Assembly (NCBI GenBank): GCA_964635715.1
Contig: CAZWNZ010000002.1
Coordinates: 104,009 to 168,008, forward strand
Origin: an uncultured Gammaproteobacteria bacterium
Lineage (GTDB): Bacteria; Patescibacteriota; Microgenomatia; UBA8517
DNA length: 64,000 nt
Direction of reading: 5' to 3'
The position numbers were made by a program, and so were the translations under genes. Below are positions 37,681-47,177 of this stretch, piece by piece. The notes under the pieces are model-generated. The model was not told the DNA's origin, did not search any database, and worked only from the letters and a program-made list of their open reading frames with translations. Positions within the stretch are counted from its first letter, which is position 1. The number at the start of each line of letters is the position of its first letter.

Positions 37681-37687
37681 TCATAAC

Positions 37688-38704
37688 CTAGCTGTTTTTT
37701 AAAATTGATGAAGCAAGATTTACCGAATTGTGTCTTAAAAGATGGTCTTTTTTTAAATATTCGCCTAAATTGGCCTTGATTATTTTAATATTCGGACACA
37801 GTTTATAACAAACATTCTCATCTAAATCAACAGCCCTTTTCTTTTCACCCTCATAAACTTTTATTGTCTCTTTATCAAATTTTTTATTGTTTGCAACTAA
37901 GAAATTAAGCCTTTTAGAATTCCCCAGATAATAGTTAAACGCGGCAATAAAGTCCGATGCTTTAAAATAATCAGTTTCTCCCTCTTTTTCTATCAAATTA
38001 AGTACAAAATAGACTTTTGCTTTAGATTTAGTAATAGCTTCGACCACCCCATCAATTAAAAGATGAGGCAAAACGCTGGTAAAAAGATCCCCGGGTGCAA
38101 AAACTATCTTGTCAGCTTTCTTAATGGCTGTAAGAACTCTTGGATTACTGTCAGCGTGGGTTGTAAAACAAATCCTGACAATTTTATCTTTAGGGTCAAA
38201 GTCCGGTCTTTGTTTCCTATGATCTATGTTGGCCTCACCATCAATTTCAATCCCCTTTTTGGTATAACCGATCAAATTAAGATCGGTAAGTGTTGCAGGA
38301 AGAACATTACCTCTGATTCTAAAAAGCGTACGTTCAGCATCCGTACCTCGGTCTTGACCATGGAAAATATGATCCAGTCTTACTCCTATCAAATTTCCAA
38401 GCGAGTGGCCTTTTAATGGCCCGTTTACTTCCTTTAGACGATCATCAAACAAGCGTTGAGCTACTTTTTGCTGCTCCTCGTTTTCCATTAAAGCCAAGAG
38501 GCAGGCTCTGACATCTCCGGGCGGCAATACCCCCAAGGCAGTTCTAAGCTCACCCGAGCTTCCACCACTGTCCCACGTCCCCACAACTGCAGTAATAAGA
38601 GAAGGGTCATTGAGTTTTTTTAATCCGTCAAGAAGCTGAAAATGGCCGGTTTTACCGCCGAAGGTGACTATTCTTTGCTTAAATTTATTTTGCAGAGTTT
38701 TCAT
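37688..38704 (-). CDS. yvcK: YvcK/GlmR (CofD-like) UDP-GlcNAc-binding protein
   Basis: GGKTG, DSGGSSGELR, LPPGDVR, GHSLGNL, PGDLFTSVLP and LLRH motifs. Confidence 0.88.
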   Translation of the reverse strand: MKTLQNKFKQRIVTFGGKTGHFQLLDGLKKLNDPSLITAVVGTWDSGGSSGELRTALGVLPPGDVRACLLALMENEEQQKVAQRLFDDRLKEVNGPLKGHSLGNLIGVRLDHIFHGQDRGTDAERTLFRIRGNVLPATLTDLNLIGYTKKGIEIDGEANIDHRKQRPDFDPKDKIVRICFTTHADSNPRVLTAIKKADKIVFAPGDLFTSVLPHLLIDGVVEAITKSKAKVYFVLNLIEKEGETDYFKASDFIAAFNYYLGNSKRLNFLVANNKKFDKETIKVYEGEKKRAVDLDENVCYKLCPNIKIIKANLGEYLKKDHLLRHNSVNLASSILKNS

Positions 38705-39953
38705 CCTTGGCAATTATTTCGGCTCCCAGAGACCTAAATCTTTCATCTATATTTTCATAACCCCTGGCCACAACCTCCACATTTTCAATCTCGCTTCTAC
38801 CATCGGCACAAAGGGCCGCAATAATTACAGATATCCCCGCTCTTATATCCTTACAAAATAGTCTATCGCTCATTAAAGGTGTCGGACCCGTAACAATAAC
38901 TCTGTGTGGATCAGCTATAAATATTTTTGCGCCCATTGAAATCAGATCGTCAACAAAGAACATCCTCCATTCATACATCCAATCATGACAAACAACCGTC
39001 CCTTTTGTCTGTGTTGCAAGAACTATGAAAGGACTCATTAAATCTGTAGGAAATCCCGGCCATGGACGCGTTTGGAATTTTCCTCTGGCTGATACTAAAT
39101 TAGAAGGAAGTACTGTCAGAGAGTTTTTATTCTCTTTAAGATTTACACCCATATAACGAAGGTAATTTATAATCATCGGGTATTTCTGAGCGTCAAAATC
39201 TTCAATTTCTACTTTACCGCCTGTTACGGCAGTCGCTATGGCAAATGTTCCACCTTCGATGTGGTCAGGACAAACTTTGTGGTTTACGCCATTGAGTTTA
39301 CCCCCTTTAATATTTATTACATTAGATCCTATTCCTGCTATGTCTGCCCCCATACCTGAAAGCATTTCCGCAAGGTTTGTAACATGAGGTTCAGTGGCTG
39401 CGTCGCTTATGGTGAGCTCGCCAGGTAAGGCCGATGCCATCATCAGTCCCATCTCAGTTGCTGTAACCGAAGGTTCATCCAAAAAAATATCTGTTGGTTT
39501 TTTATTTTTCCACTTTAAGAAAAATCTTCCGTCTACACGTTTTATCTCAACTCCGAGCTTTTGCATCATTGCAAAATGAGTGTCGAGTAGCCTTTCTCCT
39601 ATTTGATCACCCCCCGGAGGTGTAACAATTGCTCTGCCAAAGCGCACCAGAAGAGGTGCTGCCAAAACAACCGATGCTCTAAATTTTGCCGACAAATCCG
39701 GATCAGGATCATAAGAATTCAACCCCGAGGGGTCTATTGTAATTTCATGATCAGCTTTGGTTACTTTGACTCCCAATTTGGATATTAAGTCTAACATCAC
39801 GGAAACATCAATAATGTCCGGAACATTTGTAAGCGTTGTGGGTGTATCGGCAAGAAGAGCCGCCGGTATCAATTTTAAAGCCGAATTTTTGTTCCCGGAA
39901 AGGCTAATTTTCCCCTCAAGCTTCCTGCCCCCGGTTACTATGAATTTCGACAT
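38685..39953 (-). CDS. murA: UDP-GlcNAc enolpyruvyl transferase (Asp-type)
   Basis: SGNKNSAL, PGGDQIGER, PSVTAT, PGFPTD and DIRAG motifs; likely start ATG 39953. Confidence 0.96.
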   Translation of the reverse strand: MSKFIVTGGRKLEGKISLSGNKNSALKLIPAALLADTPTTLTNVPDIIDVSVMLDLISKLGVKVTKADHEITIDPSGLNSYDPDPDLSAKFRASVVLAAPLLVRFGRAIVTPPGGDQIGERLLDTHFAMMQKLGVEIKRVDGRFFLKWKNKKPTDIFLDEPSVTATEMGLMMASALPGELTISDAATEPHVTNLAEMLSGMGADIAGIGSNVINIKGGKLNGVNHKVCPDHIEGGTFAIATAVTGGKVEIEDFDAQKYPMIINYLRYMGVNLKENKNSLTVLPSNLVSARGKFQTRPWPGFPTDLMSPFIVLATQTKGTVVCHDWMYEWRMFFVDDLISMGAKIFIADPHRVIVTGPTPLMSDRLFCKDIRAGISVIIAALCADGRSEIENVEVVARGYENIDERFRSLGAEIIAKDENSAK

Positions 39954-39972
39954 ATCAATAATTGCTATTGTA

Positions 39973-41682
39973 TCATGGCTCAGGCGCAATCCCAAAATAG
40001 GCAAACAGGTCTTTCGCAATTGCGTACCATAAAGGAGCCGCTGTTTCGGCTGCCCATGGCGAACTCTGGGGTGACTTTAGAGTGACAAGCATAATAAATT
40101 TTGGATTCTCCGGAGAAGCAAATCCAATAAAGGAATGGTTTGTATTTGTTTCATCATAGTGACCCTCAACAGCTATTTGAGCAGTTCCGGTTTTTCCAGC
40201 AATATTATATCCCTGAACCTTACACCACTTTGCCTCACCATCATTGGCAGCTTTTATCATCATCTGCGTAATCTCAGAGGCCGCTTTTTTACTGATTATT
40301 CTCACAGGCTTATCTGTGTCGACTTTTTCTTCCCAACCATCTCCTTTTATCGACTCTACCACTCTGGGAGTTACCAAGTACCCTCCGTTAGCAATGGCTG
40401 CAACTGCCCTAACCATCTCAATTCCGGTTACTGAGACACCTTGACCAAAGCTGGCAGTTGCCAAATCCACCTGATTCCAGGTTCCTTTTTCTCGAAGTTT
40501 TGGAGCAGCTTCACCCTGCAGGTCTATTCCGGTCTTTTGGCCTATACCAAATTTCGTCAGGTAATCATACATTGCGTCCATTCCCAGTTTTTGACCGACA
40601 AATGACATTCCAACATTATCCGATTCCATAATTACATCTGTCATCGTAATATTTGAGGTATACTTATTGTTCCAAGTCTTAATGTAGTATTTATCAAGTT
40701 TCAAAGGACCGTCACAAATATCACATTCCGTATCCGGCTCAACAACTCCGGCGTCAAGTCCTGAAGCCATTATTATCACTTTAAAAATCGATCCTGGTTC
40801 AAAAGTATCGGTAATTATCGGATTTTTAAACAATGTATCGTTATATGAAGAATAATTGGCAGGGTCATAGTAGGGAAAATTTGCCATAGCCAAAATTTGT
40901 CCTGTTTTTGGATCCATTATCGTGACACTTCCACCAATTGCCTGATATTTCTCTACCCCCCTAACCAATTCATTTTCTACTATTGTTTGCACTCTCTTGT
41001 CTATGCTCGTAATTAAACTGACTCCTGAAATAGCACTAACTTCAGTTGATCCATTTAATAAAAGTGGTGAGCCCATTGCGTCTGTTTCCCCACCGATATA
41101 ACCAGATTTGCCGCTTAAAGGTAAATTATAATATCCCTCGAGACCAAAATAACCTGTATCATTTCCATCGCTATCTTTACCTACAAATCCCAAAATTTGT
41201 GCCGCAGAAGATGCCTCAGGGTAATAAGAGGCTTCTGTTTGATCAAAACCGATTCCCTCTATTGTCAACGCCTCAATATTTTTCTTAACACTATCTTGAA
41301 CTTTCTGCTTTAACAAAACCCAGCTGACATCTTTACTTAGTAGAGTGTTTATTCTACTTTTTTCCTCGGAGTATTCTTCAGGTTTTATATTTTCTTCTCC
41401 CATAACCTGCATTAGTTTTTCCGCCACCTCCGAAGTAGATATTTTTACTTTGCGGGGATTAGCCCAAACATTCCAAGCTGTCATTCTGGCAACCCAAGGT
41501 GTGCCGTCAGAAGCCAATATATTGCCTCGCGGAGCGCTAGTTACCAACGAAGATGTGTGCTGATCTTTAGCCTGATCAGCAAGGGTTCTCCCTTCAATTA
41601 CCTGCCAGTAGAACAATCTGACAGTAAGCGCGGAAAATAGCAAAATGAATAAAACAAAAAGAACTCTTATTTTAACAGACAT
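39973..41682 (-). CDS. ftsI: Class B penicillin-binding protein FtsI
   Basis: PRGNI, EPGSIFK (SxxK), SDN and KTG motifs. Confidence 0.92.
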   Translation of the reverse strand: MSVKIRVLFVLFILLFSALTVRLFYWQVIEGRTLADQAKDQHTSSLVTSAPRGNILASDGTPWVARMTAWNVWANPRKVKISTSEVAEKLMQVMGEENIKPEEYSEEKSRINTLLSKDVSWVLLKQKVQDSVKKNIEALTIEGIGFDQTEASYYPEASSAAQILGFVGKDSDGNDTGYFGLEGYYNLPLSGKSGYIGGETDAMGSPLLLNGSTEVSAISGVSLITSIDKRVQTIVENELVRGVEKYQAIGGSVTIMDPKTGQILAMANFPYYDPANYSSYNDTLFKNPIITDTFEPGSIFKVIIMASGLDAGVVEPDTECDICDGPLKLDKYYIKTWNNKYTSNITMTDVIMESDNVGMSFVGQKLGMDAMYDYLTKFGIGQKTGIDLQGEAAPKLREKGTWNQVDLATASFGQGVSVTGIEMVRAVAAIANGGYLVTPRVVESIKGDGWEEKVDTDKPVRIISKKAASEITQMMIKAANDGEAKWCKVQGYNIAGKTGTAQIAVEGHYDETNTNHSFIGFASPENPKFIMLVTLKSPQSSPWAAETAAPLWYAIAKDLFAYFGIAPEP

Positions 41683-41686
41683 AAAT

Positions 41687-42016
41687 TTATGGAAGTTTAG
41701 CCACAACCTCACTGCCGCCGGTTACATAAACTAAATTAGTCGGCTGGGTATAGCCCATTTCACTTCCTTTTTGCTGCAAATCGTTCATGGAAAGAGATTG
41801 TGCAAGAGTATTTTCTAAATTTCTTTTTTCGGCAAGAAGTCTACTTTCCTCATCTCTCAGGCTTGAGACCTCGACACTTGAAGTTGCCGTTTCGACAGTC
41901 ATTAAAATCGAGGATAAAGCCAAAAACACAGCAACTGCAAACAAAATGCATTTAGTGACTTTGCCCCGCAAATCTTCCTTGTTATTGTTTTTAACTGATA
42001 AATTACGTCTTTTCAT
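41687..42016 (-). CDS. ftsL: FtsL-like protein
   Basis: TM plus coiled coil, located between rsmH and ftsI. Confidence 0.65.
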   Translation of the reverse strand: MKRRNLSVKNNNKEDLRGKVTKCILFAVAVFLALSSILMTVETATSSVEVSSLRDEESRLLAEKRNLENTLAQSLSMNDLQQKGSEMGYTQPTNLVYVTGGSEVVAKLP

Positions 42017-42894
42017 TTTTCTAAAATGCGCATTTTTGCGCTTCTCGCTCTTTTATTCAATCTCAACTCACCTTCCCCTGCCATAACTGGCCTAAAAGTA
42101 ATCTGTTTGGCCCCAATACTAGCCATTTCCTTGAAAAAGTTCTTAACTAAGACATCTTCCTTTGAATGAAAGCTTATTACTACCAACCTTCCACCTTTTT
42201 TAAGTAAACCGAATGCCTTAGGTAAAACCTCTTCCAAATTTGAAAGTTCGCTATTGACTGCAATCCTAACTGCCAAAAACGGCAATGTTGCTTCATTAAG
42301 ACCGGGTTTGCCCACTTTTAAACCCTCGCATATTTCGAGAAAATCTCCGACGGTCTCAATTGCTTTCACATTCCTCGAATGAATTACTCTTCCGGAAATC
42401 CATTTAGATGCACCAGGTTCAAGAGTAACTTCAAACATTTGTCTCAATTGATCCTCCCTTAAAACATTGAGCAAATCTGATCCTTTGACTCCCTGATCCT
42501 TCGGATCCATTCTCATATCAAGAATTGCCTCAGGATTCGCAAAAGAAAATCCACGCTCAACATCTTTCAAATGTAAATTTGTAACCCCAAGATCCAACAG
42601 TATCCCATCAATTTCATTCCAACCTTCTTTCTTGGCAATTTCATCAACTTTTGAGAAATTTCCCTGAACAAGCTTATATGTTTCTCTGTCTCCGATCTCC
42701 TTCTCAAGTCTATCGGTAGCAATCTTAAGCATCTTTGGATCCATATCAATCCCCAAAACTTTACCGCCAAGCTTTAATATTTCCAGGCTGTGACCTGCAT
42801 TTCCTAAAGTTGCGTCGATATACCTACCGTTTTTTTCAATGTGCAAAGCATCAACTACTTCTTCTACCAAGACTGTCTCGTGATAATTTTTCAT
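42013..42894 (-). CDS. rsmH: 16S rRNA m4C1402 methyltransferase
   Basis: DATLGNAGHS, DLGV, ISFHSKED and RARSAKMR motifs. Confidence 0.96.
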   Translation of the reverse strand: MKNYHETVLVEEVVDALHIEKNGRYIDATLGNAGHSLEILKLGGKVLGIDMDPKMLKIATDRLEKEIGDRETYKLVQGNFSKVDEIAKKEGWNEIDGILLDLGVTNLHLKDVERGFSFANPEAILDMRMDPKDQGVKGSDLLNVLREDQLRQMFEVTLEPGASKWISGRVIHSRNVKAIETVGDFLEICEGLKVGKPGLNEATLPFLAVRIAVNSELSNLEEVLPKAFGLLKKGGRLVVISFHSKEDVLVKNFFKEMASIGAKQITFRPVMAGEGELRLNKRARSAKMRILEK

Positions 42895-43322
42895 TTTCTT
42901 TTTGCCAGGTCTTCTATATAACTTGCTGCATTTGTAACAACTTCCTTTTCTTTCTCATCCCAAAGCTGCTTGCTCCAAACCTCAACTCTATCCCCAACCC
43001 CTATAAAGTAAATATCCTCGTCAAATCTTGAATATTTCACCAGTATTTCCGGTATTACAATCCTTCCCTGATCGTCTGGCACTACTTCAAAAGCCTGTGC
43101 CAAGATAAATCTTTCCGTATCCCGAACAGGTATTACAGCAAGCTGTTTTTCACCAACCAATCTTTTGTAAAGAGCATTCCAACCTTCCTGATCAATTAAT
43201 ACAAGACAACCTTCGTACCATCTGGCTAAAATAAGTGACTTTCCTAAATTTTTTCGGAGAGAAGAGGGAACGGCCACTCTGTGACCGGAGACAAACTTTG
43301 CAGGATATGTTCCTAAAAGCAT
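42891..43322 (-). CDS. mraZ: Transcriptional regulator MraZ
   Basis: DDQGRIVIP and GVGDRVEVW motifs; heads the dcw cluster. Confidence 0.95.
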   Translation of the reverse strand: MLLGTYPAKFVSGHRVAVPSSLRKNLGKSLILARWYEGCLVLIDQEGWNALYKRLVGEKQLAVIPVRDTERFILAQAFEVVPDDQGRIVIPEILVKYSRFDEDIYFIGVGDRVEVWSKQLWDEKEKEVVTNAASYIEDLAKRK

Positions 43323-43376
43323 AACAATATTGTGAACTGGGCAGGTTCATATTTATTCTGGTTTGATCAGGTCTTA

Positions 43377-43428
43377 ACCATTTCTCACCATTAGTAACCA
43401 TTAAATATTATTTTCACGGTTATGTCAA
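43377..43428 (-). promoter_or_regulatory. dcw promoter with three MraZ-box direct repeats
   Basis: TTGACA-17 nt-TTTAAT; AATGGT three times at exact 10-bp period (43397-43402, 43387-43392, 43377-43382). Confidence 0.8.
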
Positions 43429-43459
43429 GCCCTTCTTTCACGAAAAGACGGGGCGAAGA

Positions 43460-43479
43460 TCCCGAGCGAAGTCGAGGGG
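43460..43479 (+). repeat. REP-like hairpin repeat, copy 1
   Basis: TCCC-GA-GC-GAA-GT-CGA-GGGG. Confidence 0.65.
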
Positions 43480-43566
43480 TCAAGTACCTTATATGCGAAA
43501 TTTTTGATGGGATCAAGCCGAAAAAAAACGCGTTGAATTAAAAAAAATGATTTCTAAGAAGAAAAT

Positions 43567-44232
43567 TTATTGAGAAATTGTGCCTGTGTAATCTTTTCCA
43601 TCAGAAGCAAAGATTCCGTACCCGTTCTGCCAAACAACTGTGGGGACTTCAGGCTGGGCATAAGTTTTCATCGTCACAAAGTAAACATTCTTGGCAATTT
43701 TGTCCAAAGTATAGTTAAAAGTGCCATCAGCCGAGGTCAGTTCGGCCACACCTGTTTGTAAATGGAATTCTGTGGAAAGCTTTCCTATCATTTTTCCATC
43801 TTCATTTCTAAAAGTGATTGTCATTGTGCCTGTTTCCACACCGGCATCATACCTATATTTCCCTGAGGATTCAGACCCGAGAAGTAGTTTCTTTTCAATA
43901 CTGTCGCCCGTTATATTGATCTTTCCGGGAACTCCCTGCTGACCTCCATCACTGGTATTATAAACAAGCAAATAGTCCATTGAGGAGGCTCCTTTAATAT
44001 TAATTTTCTCAACTTTAAAATTTAACCAATGACCCATGGAGCCGTTTACATCGGATTTTTCCGTGGGAGTCAAAGATATCGCGGGCCATTGCGATTCGGA
44101 AAGAACCGGGACATTTGATTCATCTTCTTTCTCATCCGTAGATTTATTCTTGTTTCTAAATATAAAGAAGCCGATAACAACAAGCACAACAACCATAACT
44201 CCTGCAATAATCGGCAATATTTTCTTTTGCAT
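43567..44232 (-). CDS. Membrane-anchored hypothetical protein
   Basis: N-terminal TM followed by a beta-rich domain with LLGSESSGKYRYD. Confidence 0.75.
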   Translation of the reverse strand: MQKKILPIIAGVMVVVLVVIGFFIFRNKNKSTDEKEDESNVPVLSESQWPAISLTPTEKSDVNGSMGHWLNFKVEKINIKGASSMDYLLVYNTSDGGQQGVPGKINITGDSIEKKLLLGSESSGKYRYDAGVETGTMTITFRNEDGKMIGKLSTEFHLQTGVAELTSADGTFNYTLDKIAKNVYFVTMKTYAQPEVPTVVWQNGYGIFASDGKDYTGTISQ

Positions 44233-44237
44233 AACGC

Positions 44238-45539
44238 TTACTTTAATCTATTTTGAAAATAATCTGTTAAATTGTCAATGGCAATCCGCTCCTGTTTGGC
44301 TGTATCACGGTCGCGTACGGTAACCATTCCGTCTTCAAGAGACTGAAAATCGACGGTTACACACCAAGGAGTACCTATCTCGTCCTGCGCAAAGTACCTT
44401 TTTCCGATATTTCCTCTATCATCCCATGTAACGCTTAGATTTTGCTTAAGATTTTGGTAAATTTCCCTGGCTTTTGAAGTCAGTTCAGGTTTATTCGCCA
44501 ATAACGGAAATACCGCTACTTTGTAAGGCGCAAGTTTGGGATGAAGCTTTAAATAAACTCTATCTTCTTCCTCGCGGTAAGCATCGATCAAGAAGAAAAG
44601 CATTGCCCTATCAACTCCGCCGGAAGTTTCAATTACCCAAGGAGTGTATTCTTCACCAGTAATGTTGTCTTTATAATTAAGTCCGTGGTTTTTCAGGTCA
44701 TAATCTCCCCTGTGATGAATTCCCTCAAATTCACTCCAGCCGAACGGGGAATTGTATTCAATATCTGTTGCGTATTTGGCATAATGGGCTCTTTTTTCCG
44801 GTTCATGATCGTGAAACTTAAGCTTTTCAGGATCAATTCCCAAACTCACATACCATTTCTTTCTCATTTCCTTAAAGTATTCAAAGGTGTCCTTACTTTC
44901 TTCTTCATCAGGTTTTACAAAATATTCAAGCTCCATTTGCTCAAACTCGCGCGAGCGGAAGGTTAAGTTTCCCGGGGTAATCTCGTTCCTGAAAGCTTTT
45001 CCGATCTGGGCAATTCCAAAAGGAATTTTAACGCGTGTTGAATCGACAACATTTTTGAAATTAACAAAAGCTCCCTGAGTAATTTCTCCCCTTAAATATG
45101 ATTTTTCCTTCGGTTCGGTTGTCCCCAAAAGAACCTCCGTCATAAGATTAAATGTTTTGGGCTCTGTCCAGATATTTTTCTCGTCTTTGTGTGTTTTTTC
45201 GTGATCAGCAACTACATCTTCATTATCAGCACGAACTCTTTTGTGGCAAACCTTGCATTCAACTAAAGGATCGGTGAAAGCTTTAAGATGGCCTGATTTC
45301 TCCCAGACGGTGGGTTTCATGACAATGGCAGCATCTATTCCGACTACATTTTCCTGATCGTAAACCATATATTTCCACCATTCTCTTTTTATGTTATTTT
45401 TCATCTCGATCCCGGCAGGACCATAATCCCAGAAGCCCTGATATCCGCCGTAAATTTCAGATCCCTGGAAGATAAAGCCGCGGCGTTTTGCAAGTGAAGT
45501 AATTTTCTCCATCGTTACTGAAGATTCGTTATTATCCAT
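44238..45539 (-). CDS. glyQS: Glycyl-tRNA synthetase, alpha2 type
   Basis: KRRGFIF, WDYGP, FRNEITP..FRSREFEQME, RAHYA and DEIGTP motifs. Confidence 0.96.
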   Translation of the reverse strand: MDNNESSVTMEKITSLAKRRGFIFQGSEIYGGYQGFWDYGPAGIEMKNNIKREWWKYMVYDQENVVGIDAAIVMKPTVWEKSGHLKAFTDPLVECKVCHKRVRADNEDVVADHEKTHKDEKNIWTEPKTFNLMTEVLLGTTEPKEKSYLRGEITQGAFVNFKNVVDSTRVKIPFGIAQIGKAFRNEITPGNLTFRSREFEQMELEYFVKPDEEESKDTFEYFKEMRKKWYVSLGIDPEKLKFHDHEPEKRAHYAKYATDIEYNSPFGWSEFEGIHHRGDYDLKNHGLNYKDNITGEEYTPWVIETSGGVDRAMLFFLIDAYREEEDRVYLKLHPKLAPYKVAVFPLLANKPELTSKAREIYQNLKQNLSVTWDDRGNIGKRYFAQDEIGTPWCVTVDFQSLEDGMVTVRDRDTAKQERIAIDNLTDYFQNRLK

Positions 45540-45558
45540 ATACCAAGAATTGTACTAT

Positions 45559-46032
45559 TTACATGTTCAAAAACCAAACGGAGAAATTAAGAAGTGTGGC
45601 AAAACTTACCCAGGCGATATAGGGATAAAGAAGATAACTGGCAACTTTATCTATTTTTCTAAAGGAAAAGATTGTTTTCAAAATAAGAAACCACATAAAA
45701 ATAATTACTATCAGAGCCAACAGAAGATTTTTTACGCCAAAAAAAATTGGAGACCAAAGAGCATTAACGACAAGCTGGGCTGCAAAAAGCTTCATTGCAC
45801 CGGTTACTTTTTTATTGTCATTAAGTTTTTTCCAAATTAAATAGAAAGATACCCCCATCAAAATATACAAAAGCGTCCACATCGGTGCAAAAATCCAATT
45901 CGGCGGATTAAAAGAAGGTTTAACTAGACCTGCATACCAATTCGGGATGGCAGAAGCCGTAAAGAAAGAACCCAAACTCCCGACAAATAAGCAAATTACA
46001 ATTGAGGATACTAGTTTCAGGTATTTCCTCAT
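45559..46032 (-). CDS. tspO: TspO/MBR tryptophan-rich sensory protein
   Basis: WYAGLVKPSFNPPNWIFAPMW, NALWSPIFFG and PYIAWVSFA motifs; true start MRKYLK at 46032. Confidence 0.93.
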   Translation of the reverse strand: MRKYLKLVSSIVICLFVGSLGSFFTASAIPNWYAGLVKPSFNPPNWIFAPMWTLLYILMGVSFYLIWKKLNDNKKVTGAMKLFAAQLVVNALWSPIFFGVKNLLLALIVIIFMWFLILKTIFSFRKIDKVASYLLYPYIAWVSFATLLNFSVWFLNM

Positions 46033-46058
46033 ACAAATTATATTAGCATACAGATATA

Positions 46059-47111
46059 ATGAATACCAATATGTTTCAAAAAATAAGATCGGACAAAAGA
46101 CTTTTAACGCTTTTTTTTGCCGTTGTTTTTGTTTTGGGATTTGGTTTGACTTATCTTGTTTTAAAGCTAACCGATTCATCAAAAAGTTTAGCTTCCACGG
46201 AAAACCAAAATGCTTACATAAACGCCACTCCCGAACCGATCAATGATTCCAATAAGGGAATTTTTAATGTTGTTCTTTTTGGTTACGGCGGCGCGGGACA
46301 TGACGGCGGGGGCTTAACGGACAGTATTATTGTTGCACACATAGACACGAATACTAAAAAATACATTTTAATTTCCATACCCCGGGATATGTGGATCAGT
46401 GGAGGAAGAAAGATAAATGCCGAAGCTTCAGTAAACGGATATCAGGGTGCAAGCTCCGCAATAGGCAGTATAACCGGGCTATCAATTAACAACTACATTG
46501 CAGTGGACTTTTCCAACTATTCAAAAATAATCGATAATTTGGGAGGGGTGGACGTTGAAGTCCCCACATCTTTTACTGATACTCTATACCCTATTGAGGG
46601 AGAGGAAAATAATACCTGCGGAAAGACAGAGAATGAGATTAATACACTAGAAGCCCAGTATTCCGATTTTAACCTGGAAAAGCAGTTTACCTGCCGGTAC
46701 GAAACTATTTCTTATCAACAAGGTCCAGCAACTCTTGATGGAACTGCCGCTCTAAAATTTGTCCGTTCGCGTCATGGAGACAGTGACTTCGGAAGATCCG
46801 CAAGACAATTCGCAGTTTTGACGGGGATAAAAAATAAGCTTCTCACTCTACATTCACTAAGCAAGCTTGATTCAACAATAGGGTTGCTTTTTGACATGGT
46901 AAAAACGGATTTGACCCTTGGAAAAATTAAGACACTTATGGAAGTTTTTGGCGACGGATCAGCCTACACTACTTCCGAAATACACCTAACTACCGAAAAC
47001 GTCTTAACGGAAGGTAAATCCCAAGCTGGGGCATATATTCTTTATCCGAAAGCGGGGGTGAATAATTTCAGTTCAATCCAAAGCTATATTTCAAACTCAA
47101 TTTCAAATTAA
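46059..47111 (+). CDS. LCP (LytR-CpsA-Psr) glycopolymer transferase
   Basis: TDSIIV, ISIPRD, KINA and FVRSRH..SDFGRSARQ motifs; N-terminal TM. Confidence 0.92.
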   Translation: MNTNMFQKIRSDKRLLTLFFAVVFVLGFGLTYLVLKLTDSSKSLASTENQNAYINATPEPINDSNKGIFNVVLFGYGGAGHDGGGLTDSIIVAHIDTNTKKYILISIPRDMWISGGRKINAEASVNGYQGASSAIGSITGLSINNYIAVDFSNYSKIIDNLGGVDVEVPTSFTDTLYPIEGEENNTCGKTENEINTLEAQYSDFNLEKQFTCRYETISYQQGPATLDGTAALKFVRSRHGDSDFGRSARQFAVLTGIKNKLLTLHSLSKLDSTIGLLFDMVKTDLTLGKIKTLMEVFGDGSAYTTSEIHLTTENVLTEGKSQAGAYILYPKAGVNNFSSIQSYISNSISN

Positions 47112-47177
47112 TAATTTCTAAACAAATCCTAATTCTCCAATTATTTAAATTTATTAGTCATTAAAAATTAGAAATTA
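47112..47177. repeat. AT-rich intergenic element with 10-bp terminal inverted repeats between convergent genes
   Basis: TAATTTCTAA (47112-47121) ... TTAGAAATTA (47168-47177). Confidence 0.5.

Noticed and set aside
46033-46182. N-terminal extension of TspO in the ORF track
   Set aside because: It overlaps the LCP gene on the other strand; the TspO fold starts at ATG 46032.
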